Shown here: positions 54,301 through 63,639 of the stretch, piece by piece
Layout of the letters: the number at the start of each line of letters is the position of its first letter
Position numbering within the stretch: the first letter of the stretch is position 1
Source of the DNA: Planctomycetota bacterium
GTDB taxonomy: Bacteria; Planctomycetota; Phycisphaerae; Tepidisphaerales; Tepidisphaeraceae
Direction of reading: 5' to 3'
Assembly: GCA_026693085.1 (NCBI GenBank)
Contig: JAPLNB010000316.1
Span: 21,474-85,473, forward strand
DNA: 64,000 nt
Notes under the pieces: generated by a model
The model's database searches: none
Seen by the model: only the letters and a program-made list of their open reading frames with translations
Told to the model about the DNA's origin: nothing
Position numbers and translations under genes: made by a program

Positions 54301-57300
54301 TCCCCACTCCCGTCCCGTTCACCGTGCTCCCGAACGTGATCGGGCTGCCCGTCAACGTCGTGTCCACGCCCAGCGTCACCGCGCCGTCATAGTCCTGCGC
54401 CCCAGCCGAGGTCACCGTGTTCGTGTTGATCCCGCTCGTCCCCGTCACGTGTAGCACGCTCAGACCCGTCACCGTGTCCGCCGCCGCATCCCCGAATACC
54501 GCGTTCCCCGTCACCGTCAGACCATTCCCGCTTCCCACCACCTTGTCCAGGAACGTCACCGTCGTGCCCGTCAGGTTCGCCGATGCCCCCAGCGTTACTT
54601 GACCACTGTACTGCTGCGCTTTTCCCGTCGTCGTCACCGATCCGCCATTCAGGTTCACTGCACCGTTGACCGTCAAATTGAACGGCCCATTCACCGTGCT
54701 CCCGAACGTGATCGGGCTGCCCGTCAACGTCGTGTCCACGCCCAGCGTCACCGCGTTCCCGTAGTCCTGGAAGCCATTGGTCGCGATGGCCGCCGTCCCG
54801 ATCGTCGTTCCGCCATCCGCTGTTGCCGCAAACGTCCCTGCCGTTACCGTTTGCGAAATCGTCAGCCCAGCCCCGTTTACGACCAGCGCGACATCCTGGC
54901 CCGCCGCGGCGATCCCCTGAACGTCCAGGGCCGCCGCATTCGTGAAGCCCAACGATCCGGTCGCGCCCACCACCTTCAGCACGCCTACCGTGTTCGCCCG
55001 GTTCAGTGTGGTCACGCCCCATGTACTCAGATCCAGTTCGCCAGCGTTGATCACTCCCGCCGTCTGGCCCAGCGTCCACGGACCACCCGCACCGGCAGTC
55101 AATGTCACCGTCTGACCGGCTGCCCCAATGCCCTGCACGTCCAGGTTGCCCGCGTTGGTGAATCCAACAGGTCCCGCCGCGCCTGTTACCTTCAACACAC
55201 CCACTGTATTCGCAGCGTTCAGCGTCGTCGTATTCCATGACGCCAGATCGAGTTCGGAACCGTTGATGATCCCGACCGTCTGCCCCAGCGTCCGCCCAGC
55301 TCCGCTCGCCGTCAACGTCACCGTCTGACCGGCCGCCCCGATCCCCTGCACATCCAGGTTACCCGCGTTCGTGAATTGAACAAAACCCGCCCCATTCGTC
55401 ACCGCCAGCTTCGCCACCGTGTTCGCGCTGTTCAGCGTCGTGTTGCCCCACTGGTCCAGCGCCAACTCGTTCGCGCCTGTATTGATAATGTCGGCCGTCT
55501 GACCCAGTGTCCACGGACCGCCCGCACCCGCTGTCAACGCCACGTCGAATCCTGACGCCCCGATGCCCTGCACATCCAGGTTACCCGCGTTCGTGAACCC
55601 GATGTTGCCCACGCCATTGGTGACCACCAGCTTCGCCACTGTGTTCTGGCGGTTTAGCGTCGTCACTCCCCATTGGTCCAACGTCAATTTTCCGGAGCCC
55701 GTATTGATCACACCCGCGGTCTGGCCCAAGCTCCACGGGCCGCCCGCTCCAGCCGTCAATGTCACGTCAAATCCCGACGCCGCGATTCCCTGAACATCCA
55801 GATTGCCGGCATCAGTAAATCCCGCATTGCCCGCCGCCGCAGCCACCTTCAGCACGCCTACCGTGTTCGCCCGGTTCAGTGTGGTTACGCCCCATGTACT
55901 CAGATCCAGTTCGCCAGCGTTGATCACTCCCGCCGTCTGGCCCAGCGTCCACGGACCACCCGCACCGGCAGTCAATGTCACCGTCTGACCGGCCCCAGCG
56001 ATCCCCTGCACGTCAAGATTCGCAGCATCCGTGAACTGCACCGACCTCGCCCCGTTCGTCACCAGCAACTTGGCCACCGTATTCGCACTGTTCAGCGTCG
56101 TGACGCCCCACCCATCCAGCGCCAACTGATTCGCCCCCGTGTTGATAATCCCGCCCTGGCCCAGTGTCCACGGGCCGCCCACATCGGCCGTCAGCGTCAC
56201 GTCGTAACCGCTGCCTGCAATCCCACCCACCATCAGGTTCGCCGCATTCGTGAACTGAACCAACCCGCCAGCGCCGCTGATCGTCAGCGTGCCCACGGCA
56301 TTGCCTGCGTCAGTCAACGTGATCGGTCCGCCGGCGCCGATGCTCAGCGCACTGGCCTCGATCTTCGCCGTCTGGTCCAGATCGCCCGTTCCGACCGTCA
56401 GCGCCGCCGTCCCGTTCACCGCCGACATCGCTCCGTCGACGTGCAAAGCCGAAGCATTGAAAACCTTGATCGCCTGGGCATTGTTGCTCGTCGTCGTCAA
56501 CGGCCCCGTCGTCACCACCCCGGCCCCGCCATCGATGGAGATCTTGCCACTGCCGGCGTCAACGGTCACCGCGGCTTGCGTGACCGTCGTGCCTTCCAAC
56601 GCCAGATTACCCGACACGCCGGTGATGCCGGCGTTGATCGTCAACAGCCCGTTCGACTTAAGGGCCACATCCTGGCTGCCGTACGTGAGCGCCTTGTTCA
56701 ACGTGACCGCCCCGCCCAGGCCGGTCTTGGTGTCCACCGTCAGCTTGTTGTTTCCCGCCGCGATTTCATCACCCAGCGTCACGAAACCGGCCCCGGTGAT
56801 CGTCAGCTCGGCGCCGAGCGCCAGCGTGCCCGGAGCGTCGGCGAATCCGCCGTTGCCCAAGAAGTGCAGCGTCACGACCTTACCGGTGTTGTCAAACGAT
56901 TCGGTAAACGTGCCCGTCGCCAGGTTGATCGTGTCCCCGCTGGCCGCCGCAGCGTTCAGCGCATCCTGAACGTTGGAGTAGTTGCCCACGCCCAGCGTCG
57001 CCGGGGCAAACGCGATGCCCGTCGGCGTGAAGCTGGGACTGGCCGAACTCGAGCCGCTTCCGTTCAGCCACGTCACAAACGTCACCAACCCGCTCGCCAC
57101 ATCCCCCTGGCTAGTCACATTGAACGTGTTGACCGCGACGTTCGGCCCATTGGCGCTGCCCCACCAGTTGTTGGTCGCATCCACCGTCACCGTCGAGTTG
57201 TTCTGGAACCCGGCCGTCGTGTTGCCGGCGACATGGTTGTTCTGCACCGTCATCGTTCCGCTGAGCCCCGGCGCTCCGCCGCCGCCGATGTAGATGCCGA

Positions 57301-59680
57301 TGTTGTTGCCGTCGATGTAGTTGTTCGCGACGGTAATGCCGCTGTTGGTGCCGTAATTACCGAACTCGCCATCCACTACCTTGATGCCATTCGACACGCC
57401 GTTCTTTATGTCATTTTCGTGGATGATCACCGTGCTGTTGTTGCCGCCCAGGTAAATCGCCGAGCCCTGCGTCGCGCTGAAGACGTTGTTGTTGATCGTC
57501 AGGTTCGTGGTGTTCACGAACACCGCCGAGTTGTCGCTGGTGAACGTGTTGTTCGACACCGTGATCTGGTCCTGCTGCCCGGCTACCCCGGCAAACACCA
57601 TCGACGCGCTGCTGTGCCCCGTGAAGGTGTTGGAGTCGATCAGGATGTTCTTGGCACCAATGTCGTTGTAGATCGCATCCCCGCTGGCCCCGCCGGCCTG
57701 GTTGTTGCTGTCCAACCAGTTGTGCGAGACCACCGTCTGGATCACCCCGTTGCTGCCCAGGTCCACGCCGAAGACGTTGTTGGTGATGATGTTGTTCTTG
57801 AGCTGGTACCCCGATAATCCCGAGGACAGCGTCACACCCGCTCCACCGCTGTTGCCCTGGATCTTGAACCCGTCGATCGTAACGTTGTTCGCCCCGACGT
57901 TGACCAGGGTCGTTACCGGCCCGGCGCTGGTGATGATGCTCTCAGCGACGCGCGCAGCATGGCCATCCACGCCGAAATTGGCGCCCTTGAGCGTCATCGC
58001 CTTGGTGATGCTCAATGACTCGCTGTAGGTCCCCGCCGCAACATTCACCGTGTTCGCCGCTCCGGCGGCCAATACATCGATGCCGTTCTGGATCTTGGCC
58101 CCGGAGAACACATTCACCGTCGTCGGCGTCCCCGACAACACACCCGTCCCCGCCAGCGTGATCCCCTCCCGCAGGTTCACGGTCGGCGTATTCAGTGTCA
58201 GGCTCGCGTTGCCCGCCCCGGTCACCGCGGCGTCCACGTCGATGTTGGTCGTCGCCGCCAGAACCAGCGTGCTGTTCCCGGTCAACAGCCCATCTACAGC
58301 CGTATTGGTGATGATACTCGCCGCCCCGGGAAACTTCGTCGCCGCATCGTCCAGATCCGTAAGTCCGGTAATATCATCGCCGGACGTCAAGTCGCCGTTG
58401 ATGTCCGGGTCGGCCGCCTGAATCGTGATCGACGCCGGGTCTATCAGCACCTGCCCCGCCACGCCCTTCGGCGCGCTGACGTCCACCCTGCCCTGATAAA
58501 TCAGCTTCTCTTTGCCCGACACTTCAACGTTCCCGCCGTTGCCTCCCGCCGCGCCACCCTTGGCGATGATCTTCCCCAGAAATCCCGTGACCTGGTCCGA
58601 CCACACGACCACCTTCCCGCCGTCGCCCTTCACCACCGCGTCGGCCTTGATCGTGCTGTCCTTGTCCACCAGCGTCTTGCTCGCCCGCGCCACGTCTCCC
58701 TTGCCCTGGAAATCCCCGCCTACCAGCACGGTCCCGCCTCCGGCCTGGCCCGAAGCGTCGATGGTGGCACCCCTGATCGCAACCTGGTCACCGAGGACTT
58801 GCACGCCGCCACCTTTTTCGCCCGCCCGTTTTTCCGAGGCGTCCAAGGCGCCCGAGACGGTGGCCGTGCCCTTGCCGGCATCCAGTACAATCTGCTTGCT
58901 CTTGACCCGCCCGCTGTTCCGGACCGCCAGGGAGATCAAGTCGCCCGAGCCAAGGCGGACGGCCCCGGGCTGCATCGTATCTCCCGCCTTCGTTTCGGAG
59001 CCCGCCAACTGCGCAGCATCGATCTTCACGAAGACGTGACCCTGCCGCTGCCCAATCAGCACCTCTTGGCCGGAAACCATCGTCACCGCGCCGTCGAGCC
59101 CGGAGATGGAACCGTAGTTGGCCACCTCCCGACCAACCAGGCTGACCGCCCCGGCCTCGATCGATCCGAAGTTCACGACGGAGCCGTGCAGACCTTCGAA
59201 ACGGTTCACGCCGCTGAGAAAATTACTGTCGGAAATCGTGCCGGCCGCCGCGAAGAGCTGCCCGACATCCAGAACTGCGTTAGGTCCGAACGTAATCCCC
59301 GCCGGGTTCACGAAATACAGCGTTCCGTTCGAGCGGATCGTCCCCTCGATCTGGGAGGGATCGGAGCTGTTGATCCGGTTGAGCACGCGGCTGGTCGAGG
59401 AGGGTTGCCGGAAGGTCACGGTTGCCGACCCGGGCACGTCAAACCGCCGGTAGTTGATGATGGTCCTGTCCGCCGCACGAATCAGCGTGTTGTCGCCACG
59501 CTGCTGAAACGTCGCCGAGCCCCTGGAAACACGCTCAACCTGGATCGTACCCTTGCCGGCCCAGGTGACCTCGGTCATGCCCATGACTGCCAGAGAGGCA
59601 GCCAACGCCAACACCCGGCGAGCCGACTTGCTCTGCCTGCTCTGATTCTGACCACGGCGATTCTGATTCTTGGTAGACAT
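51365..59680 (-). CDS. Two-partner-secretion exoprotein (TpsA, filamentous-haemagglutinin family), ~2770 aa
   Basis: Signal peptide 'RRVLALAASLAVMGMTEVTWA'. TPS domain 'IINYRRFDVPGSATVTF...VLNRINSSDPSQIEGTIRSNGTLYFVNPAGITFG' (NPNGI-like 'NPAGI'). Long beta-helical repeats. ATG 59680 follows GAGGAAA; the ORF track opens at 59722. Confidence 0.9.
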   Translation of the reverse strand: MSTKNQNRRGQNQSRQSKSARRVLALAASLAVMGMTEVTWAGKGTIQVERVSRGSATFQQRGDNTLIRAADRTIINYRRFDVPGSATVTFRQPSSTSRVLNRINSSDPSQIEGTIRSNGTLYFVNPAGITFGPNAVLDVGQLFAAAGTISDSNFLSGVNRFEGLHGSVVNFGSIEAGAVSLVGREVANYGSISGLDGAVTMVSGQEVLIGQRQGHVFVKIDAAQLAGSETKAGDTMQPGAVRLGSGDLISLAVRNSGRVKSKQIVLDAGKGTATVSGALDASEKRAGEKGGGVQVLGDQVAIRGATIDASGQAGGGTVLVGGDFQGKGDVARASKTLVDKDSTIKADAVVKGDGGKVVVWSDQVTGFLGKIIAKGGAAGGNGGNVEVSGKEKLIYQGRVDVSAPKGVAGQVLIDPASITIQAADPDINGDLTSGDDITGLTDLDDAATKFPGAASIITNTAVDGLLTGNSTLVLAATTNIDVDAAVTGAGNASLTLNTPTVNLREGITLAGTGVLSGTPTTVNVFSGAKIQNGIDVLAAGAANTVNVAAGTYSESLSITKAMTLKGANFGVDGHAARVAESIITSAGPVTTLVNVGANNVTIDGFKIQGNSGGAGVTLSSGLSGYQLKNNIITNNVFGVDLGSNGVIQTVVSHNWLDSNNQAGGASGDAIYNDIGAKNILIDSNTFTGHSSASMVFAGVAGQQDQITVSNNTFTSDNSAVFVNTTNLTINNNVFSATQGSAIYLGGNNSTVIIHENDIKNGVSNGIKVVDGEFGNYGTNSGITVANNYIDGNNIGIYIGGGGAPGLSGTMTVQNNHVAGNTTAGFQNNSTVTVDATNNWWGSANGPNVAVNTFNVTSQGDVASGLVTFVTWLNGSGSSSASPSFTPTGIAFAPATLGVGNYSNVQDALNAAAASGDTINLATGTFTESFDNTGKVVTLHFLGNGGFADAPGTLALGAELTITGAGFVTLGDEIAAGNNKLTVDTKTGLGGAVTLNKALTYGSQDVALKSNGLLTINAGITGVSGNLALEGTTVTQAAVTVDAGSGKISIDGGAGVVTTGPLTTTSNNAQAIKVFNASALHVDGAMSAVNGTAALTVGTGDLDQTAKIEASALSIGAGGPITLTDAGNAVGTLTISGAGGLVQFTNAANLMVGGIAGSGYDVTLTADVGGPWTLGQGGIINTGANQLALDGWGVTTLNSANTVAKLLVTNGARSVQFTDAANLDVQGIAGAGQTVTLTAGAGGPWTLGQTAGVINAGELDLSTWGVTTLNRANTVGVLKVAAAAGNAGFTDAGNLDVQGIAASGFDVTLTAGAGGPWSLGQTAGVINTGSGKLTLDQWGVTTLNRQNTVAKLVVTNGVGNIGFTNAGNLDVQGIGASGFDVALTAGAGGPWTLGQTADIINTGANELALDQWGNTTLNSANTVAKLAVTNGAGFVQFTNAGNLDVQGIGAAGQTVTLTASGAGRTLGQTVGIINGSELDLASWNTTTLNAANTVGVLKVTGAAGPVGFTNAGNLDVQGIGAAGQTVTLTAGAGGPWTLGQTAGVINAGELDLSTWGVTTLNRANTVGVLKVVGATGSLGFTNAAALDVQGIAAAGQDVALVVNGAGLTISQTVTAGTFAATADGGTTIGTAAIATNGFQDYGNAVTLGVDTTLTGSPITFGSTVNGPFNLTVNGAVNLNGGSVTTTGKAQQYSGQVTLGASANLTGTTVTFLDKVVGSGNGLTVTGNAVFGDAAADTVTGLSVLHVTGTSGINTNTVTSAGAQDYDGAVTLGVDTTLTGSPITFGSTVNGTGVGTESLAVVGNVVFGGPMGNGKALQFLTVNGTSGINGGSVATSNAAVPGDGYQQYSGPVTLGADATLSGTALTLGAVTGGGKNLILTGSGLLTLGDAFTTVNNLTVNGAGTTTIGTAAITTNGFQNYGNAVTLSVDTTLSGTALTLGAVTGGGKNLILTGSGLLTLGDAFTTVNNLTVNGAGTTTIGTAAIATNGFQNYGNAVTLGVDTTLTGSPITFGSTVNGTGVGTESLAVVGNVVFGGPVGNGKALQFLTVNGTSGINGGSVATSNAAVPGDGYQQYSGPVTLGANTTLKGPAVAFASTVDGGKSLAVNAGRTTFGGAVGSTSALASLLTDTAGTTAINGGSVKTSGGQTYNDAVTLGTNTTLNGSAVTFVSTVDGGSALTVNATGMTTFFEAVGKKTALLRLLTDAAGTTVIKGGSITTKEEQEYGDAVVLTQDTTLSGSIVEFRSTTDGTVAGAESLTLRGNTTLDKAVGSATPLEFLEVGGTTRINGGSVRTGGHQMYRGTVTLGADVTLSSTDADITIVGEVTDQVGGSSLVMEAMKITVSNMDVGGNIEFHADTTVKDDLAAGLITLQGEQIKAGGSIKLGEALSAIPANATIVAEVPKGATYLIEGNSVEMGTYQKLAAAGTLNEQKDGRIDGGSLEINASTTATIGDLIAMENVTVRANEIRLMLRPKGPLYFAQGDGIQKDADLGVDFVAGGILTFDGSVSTAGDSGSKGFTVPRFGDFIGAGSAASAAKGTGYKLSSAALAYLKTGLTKSSPFDVQPEGPANVNIASVIAGAVPHAEPVTMQSGGIASDASRLLWQIGITVRELAAANLIEYLTTGVKRIDDTPGSTGSEATEGVTADRLANDVVEEFLAKYKKTFLGITDADSKAENQKPKIRAAMEKAVRAYDPDRSKEKLGAEFRVFVEQKEELRDAATYLNSLRDLFNSLQALGLSPAETKKVDAILLNDEIRPQGRRVDELKAAIMSGSPKP
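53441..54393 (-). repeat. Near-identical segmental duplication inside tpsA (A-B-B'-A' pattern)
   Basis: The ~275-nt blocks 53441-53715 and 54119-54393 are almost identical (offset 678 nt). Between them is a 216-nt unit duplicated in tandem (approx 53705-53920 and 53921-54118). A third ~115-nt partial copy lies at ~54688-54805. Confidence 0.85.
54830..56300 (-). repeat. In-frame tandem array of ~7 units of 71-74 aa (213-222 nt) inside tpsA
   Basis: Protein units 'FTNAGNLDVQGIGA.G..VTLTAGAGGPWTLGQTAGVIN.G...L..WGVTTLN.ANTV..L.V'. ~155 nt at ~54972-55131 recur nearly identically at ~55848-56007. Measured offsets between homologous points are 213, 222 and 222 nt. Confidence 0.85.
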
Positions 59681-59824
59681 GGCTTTCCTCGAAGAGCACT
59701 CAGGAATTGATTGTGTCCGCACTTCCTAAATGAACCCTATCGATCCCGAAACGAGCTTCCGAGCATACGGGCCGCGGTGCTTTTGCCACAGCCGGCTCGA
59801 TCTTCCAGGACCAACGCGCATTCA

Positions 59825-61834
59825 TTAGAACAAAAACATGACGGAAAAGTGTACCCGGCTGTCCTCGATCCCGGCCTTAATCTCGTCACCCAGATCACGA
59901 AGCGGAATCCCCCAGTCCACGCGGATGCTGATATTCTGCTTCACCTGGAGTTCCACGCCGAGCCCGGCACCCACCAGCGTCTCGTCCGACTCCGGCGACT
60001 GCCGATCCGAATAAAGCGCCCGGCCAACATCCACGAAGCTGCGGAATATCAGATCCCAGTCCGGCCTGTCATAAGGCCGCGACGGCGCCCAGTGAAACTT
60101 CTTGGTGCCGACGTCTCTTGGGGAGAGCGCCCGAGGAATGTGGAAGCGGTACTCCGCAGTTCCGATGATCGCTGTGTCCGAGGCAAGCGCCGACTCTGGG
60201 TAGCCGCGGACGGTAAAGAAGCCGCCCAGTGTTTCCTCCGCCTGCGGGATCAACCGATAGTCGAATGCGTACTGCGTTCGCAACGAGCCCATGATCTCGT
60301 GCGCCAGAGTGGTCTTGGCTTCCCTGAAACGATCGGGAAATAGAAGCGGTTCCAGGAAGAACGACTGCGTCAGATCGGCGTTCAGCGTGAACCACTCATG
60401 GTCCGTATTCAGACGACCCAACAGGTTGAGATTCTCCTGTGACACATCGCCCCGCCCGTAGCTGAGCCGCACCTCTGCGACGGTTGAACTCGTATCTGCC
60501 AGCCGATCAGCCCGGATGCCCAGGTACGGGATGAGAAAGTCTCCATCGCCAGTTCCCTGCTCCTGCTTCACCTCGACAGACTGGTAGCGCATCCCACCGA
60601 ACACGTCGATGAACGCCGGGCCGATGCGCGCCACGTTCCCGATCAATTCTACGCCCCCCATCCACTCTGTTCCTTCGAACTCCTGCCCAATGTTCGTAAT
60701 CCCAACGTCCGACGCCGTGAACTCGCTCCAACTCCCGTAGGCACGCCAACGAAGTCGCTGTGTCTTCGGGATCGGCGCCTCATACGCCACGGTAAGCGCC
60801 TGCGATTGGTCAAACCCGGCGGTCGTATAGTCGAGGCTCAGGATGTCATCGTGGCCCGTCAGTTGATTGTGGACGAACCCGAATCGCTCCCGCCACTTAT
60901 TCGTCTGCGCCGTGCCGGTGTTCGAAACCTGCGCGTACACATACCAGGGCTTGTTCTCGGTCACCAGATATTCCAAAACCACCTCGTCGAGTTTCTCTCC
61001 TGACGAGACGCCCACATCCACGCGCCGCCCAGGGTGGCGAGTCAGCCGCAACAGGTAATCGTCCAGTTTGTCCCGCAGCAGTAGATCCCCTGGAACTCCC
61101 TCAGCTTTCGAGGGTTGCAGCAGCGAATTGGCGATGATCTGCTCGTGATAGCGGTGGTCGATTCGTGGTTGCGAATCCGGTACCCGATCTCCCATCGCTT
61201 TTGTGTGGATCTCCCCGACCCGCCCTGTCAAGATCACGATCTTCAGCGATGTCCGCCCCTGCCGAAGGTCGTCACCGTTACGCTCGTCAATATCACCCTC
61301 CGTCGTCGCGTAGACAGCCATCAACTTCTTCTGGATATGCTCGCGGATCTGGTCGTTGATGTCCGCGAGCGCAGTGGCGTAGAATTTCTGCGAGCCTTCC
61401 TTACCCCACTCCGACAGCTTCCTGGTCACGACAGGAAATCCCGGACGCGGCGCGGAAACTTTCAGCGACTTGTCCTTGGTCAGCCGCGAGACATACCCCT
61501 GCGACGTCTCACACAGCGACACCGGCTGCTTCAGCAGGTCTGCAATGGGCGGGTGGTCCGGGTGCGGCGTCCGATACTCCACTTGGATCTCACTGACCAA
61601 GTAGGGTCCCGGTCTATCTCCCTCCGACGGCATCGGCAGATTAGTCGCGGCCTGCGCAACCGGTGGCCCCGCATCCGACGGCACCGTGGCCGCCTGTCCC
61701 CTTGCCGCAGACTGTCCGGAGAAACACGACCACACCATCACGAACCCAAGGACCGCACGAAGGGTCCAATTTGAGGCCGCACGCAGGTGGCGCCAGACGA
61801 TCCCGCGCCCAGCCGTATCAATCCACGTACCCAT
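59825..61834 (-). CDS. Two-partner-secretion outer-membrane transporter (TpsB; ShlB/FhaC family)
   Basis: Signal-like 'WTLRAVLGFVMVWSCFSGQSAARG'. Loop-6 motif 'GGFFTVRGYPE'. Beta-barrel ends in '...RVHFSVMFLF'. AAGGAG lies 9 nt before ATG 61834. Sits directly upstream of tpsA. Confidence 0.85.
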   Translation of the reverse strand: MGTWIDTAGRGIVWRHLRAASNWTLRAVLGFVMVWSCFSGQSAARGQAATVPSDAGPPVAQAATNLPMPSEGDRPGPYLVSEIQVEYRTPHPDHPPIADLLKQPVSLCETSQGYVSRLTKDKSLKVSAPRPGFPVVTRKLSEWGKEGSQKFYATALADINDQIREHIQKKLMAVYATTEGDIDERNGDDLRQGRTSLKIVILTGRVGEIHTKAMGDRVPDSQPRIDHRYHEQIIANSLLQPSKAEGVPGDLLLRDKLDDYLLRLTRHPGRRVDVGVSSGEKLDEVVLEYLVTENKPWYVYAQVSNTGTAQTNKWRERFGFVHNQLTGHDDILSLDYTTAGFDQSQALTVAYEAPIPKTQRLRWRAYGSWSEFTASDVGITNIGQEFEGTEWMGGVELIGNVARIGPAFIDVFGGMRYQSVEVKQEQGTGDGDFLIPYLGIRADRLADTSSTVAEVRLSYGRGDVSQENLNLLGRLNTDHEWFTLNADLTQSFFLEPLLFPDRFREAKTTLAHEIMGSLRTQYAFDYRLIPQAEETLGGFFTVRGYPESALASDTAIIGTAEYRFHIPRALSPRDVGTKKFHWAPSRPYDRPDWDLIFRSFVDVGRALYSDRQSPESDETLVGAGLGVELQVKQNISIRVDWGIPLRDLGDEIKAGIEDSRVHFSVMFLF

Positions 61835-62367
61835 GCCTGAGTCTCCTTCCCTTTGCGTCCGCCCCACACCGATTTCCAACTCTTCAATGCTGCTGACAAC
61901 GAAACTACAGCGTACAACAACCCTGGGAAATCTCTGCTCCGCACCACGAAGGCGCACCAACTATCTCCGCTCGCGCAAACCAATCATCAAGTTGTCTGGC
62001 TCTCGCCAATGCCACCCGGCGCCTCATTACAATGTCTTTAATAGTAATCGGTTGCAGTACACATGATGGCACAAAGCGATCCTGAAATGAAACCCATCGA
62101 CCTGGTATTCGACACCACACGGGATACAGGCCGACCGTACTCGCCCAGCCTAAGATCCCGTACAGTCTCTTGCATGCCAAGTGACTGACCCGCACACAGA
62201 TGGCCTAACCATTTGGCCCTTACAGGCCACCGCAGTACGCCCGCTCTCGATCTGCCAGTCCACACCTTGCCACACTGACCCACTGTCGCTCGTTTGAATA
62301 GCGTTTATTTTATGTACTGTCAAGTCGCCGCACCAATAATGATTGGTGTGGGGGCTATGGGTAAGTA

Positions 62368-63438
62368 CTACATCGCCACGTCATTCACGCGAACACCGCG
62401 GCAGGCAAGACAACTTGATGCCCAGCCGGTCAAGCCGGCCCAAGGTTCTCTTGCGATGGCTCTTGCGGGCAGCAGCGTTCTTCCGCTGCGTGTAAGCGAT
62501 ATTGCGGGCCTGTTGCTGCAAGGAGTTCTGTCGCCGTTTCCCTGCCATCGATAACGCGAGAATCCCACCCGCAGCAACTCCTTGGGTTTGGTGTTCTCGG
62601 GGGCGTTGGAAACAAAATACTTCACTTCGTTGGGGTCCAAAGCGTTGCGGGCGACGAAAAGCCAGTGTGGCCGGCCTGGCGTTCCCTCGTGGCTGATGTA
62701 GAAAGTGGCGAACTTGGCCTGCTAGATAATCGGCCCCTTCGGGCTGTCTTTGATGTAAAAGTCCTGCCAGGGCTGGCCGGTGAAGGCCGCCGAACAGCGG
62801 GCCGAATCATCCACTCGGCTGGCCGGCAGATTCTTAACCTTCAGTTTCCGCCCGGAATGCAGGTGATGCTTCTTGTGTAGAGGCTGGGGCCGCTTGCACC
62901 AGCCACAGAAGTTGCAGGGTACTTCCCCCACATTCCGTTGTCCCCGCAGGTCCAACTCCAGGTGAAACTCCGGGATCCGGCCATATCCCTCGTCATAGGT
63001 CAACCAGGGGAAACACACACCATTGGCCACGGCCCGGTCCCGCAGTTCCAGAGCCATCTTCTACTTGGGGCGGTAAACCATGTCTTCTGGGATGCCTGCC
63101 TCCCGGCAACGTTCCCGATCGGCCGACCAGTCTTCGGGAAGAAACAACTCCCCGTCCAGCAGCACGCGAAAGCCCTGGGGGGCGGCATAGGCCAGGTGGA
63201 CGGTAACCGTGCAGTTGTCCTTCTTGCCAGTAGCCCCGCAATGCTGCCGCTTGACCCCCGGCGTCTGCTTGCCCTTCTTGGGGTAGCTGGTCTCGTCGAT
63301 GATCCCCACGGCATCGCCGTACGCCCGTTGGGGCACGACGGTACGGTGTTGTGGAAGCAGACCGCTGAGGACTTGGTCGTGACGCTTCAGTCCGCAAGTA
63401 CCGCGAGCGGCCGCGGTACGCCACGCATGGGCTGACAA
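62368..63438 (-). mobile_element. IS701-family DDE transposase remnant (5'-truncated, two in-frame TAG codons)
   Basis: 'IIDETSYPKKGKQTPGVKRQHCGATGKKDNCTVTVHLAYA', 'WLTYDEGYG' and 'KYFVSNAPENT' are IS701-type. TAG at 63061-63063 and TAG at 62722-62724 interrupt one continuous frame. The N-terminal ~100 aa are missing, and the C-terminal part appears degenerate. Confidence 0.7.
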
Positions 63439-63639
63439 TCTGGAGGGCTGCCATCTCTACCTCTACAACGCCGCGGGAATCCCGGCAGCGACATTCCGCA
63501 CCAACGCGGAGGAAAGACAATAAGTTACACAAGAAGAATCAAACGCGGCGTCAGCGACCGCGTCGAGCCCTTCGTCTGGCAGACTGGCATCCTCGATGCG
63601 GAACGGCAGAATCGGAATGCCGTGATGAACCGCGTGCTC

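Noticed and set aside
53441-56300. Regularly spaced near-identical repeats that could superficially suggest a CRISPR array.
   Set aside because: Units are 213-222 nt, contiguous with no unique spacers, and in frame within the tpsA reading frame, encoding beta-helix repeats. No cas genes are present.
55673-57817. Very long plus-strand ORFs: 714 aa here, and also 18358..20067, 16585..17616, 39215..40789, 33431..34852 and 3402..4238 on the minus strand.
   Set aside because: They are antisense to genes with unmistakable family signatures (tpsA, tssK, tssM, clpV, vgrG). Their translations are Arg/Pro/Gly/His-rich low-complexity strings, typical of shadow ORFs in GC-rich DNA.
51365-59722. Classifying the TPS pair as a contact-dependent inhibition (CdiB/CdiA/CdiI) system.
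   Set aside because: No VENN-type pre-toxin motif or recognisable toxin domain is visible at the C-terminus. The downstream small ORF is translationally coupled to a sigma factor rather than resembling an immunity gene. It is kept only as an open question.
61960-62370. A tRNA gene or att site marking the island integration point.
   Set aside because: No cloverleaf-compatible sequence or tRNA-like conserved boxes could be found by eye between tpsB and the IS remnant. A tRNAscan-type search would be needed to exclude it formally.
62722-63063. The two in-frame TAG codons in the transposase as evidence of amber recoding or stop-codon reassignment.
   Set aside because: TAG clearly terminates a bona fide gene in the same window (tssM stop at 13261-13263). 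The transposase also lacks its N-terminus, and its C-terminal part looks degenerate. Simple pseudogenisation is the economical explanation.
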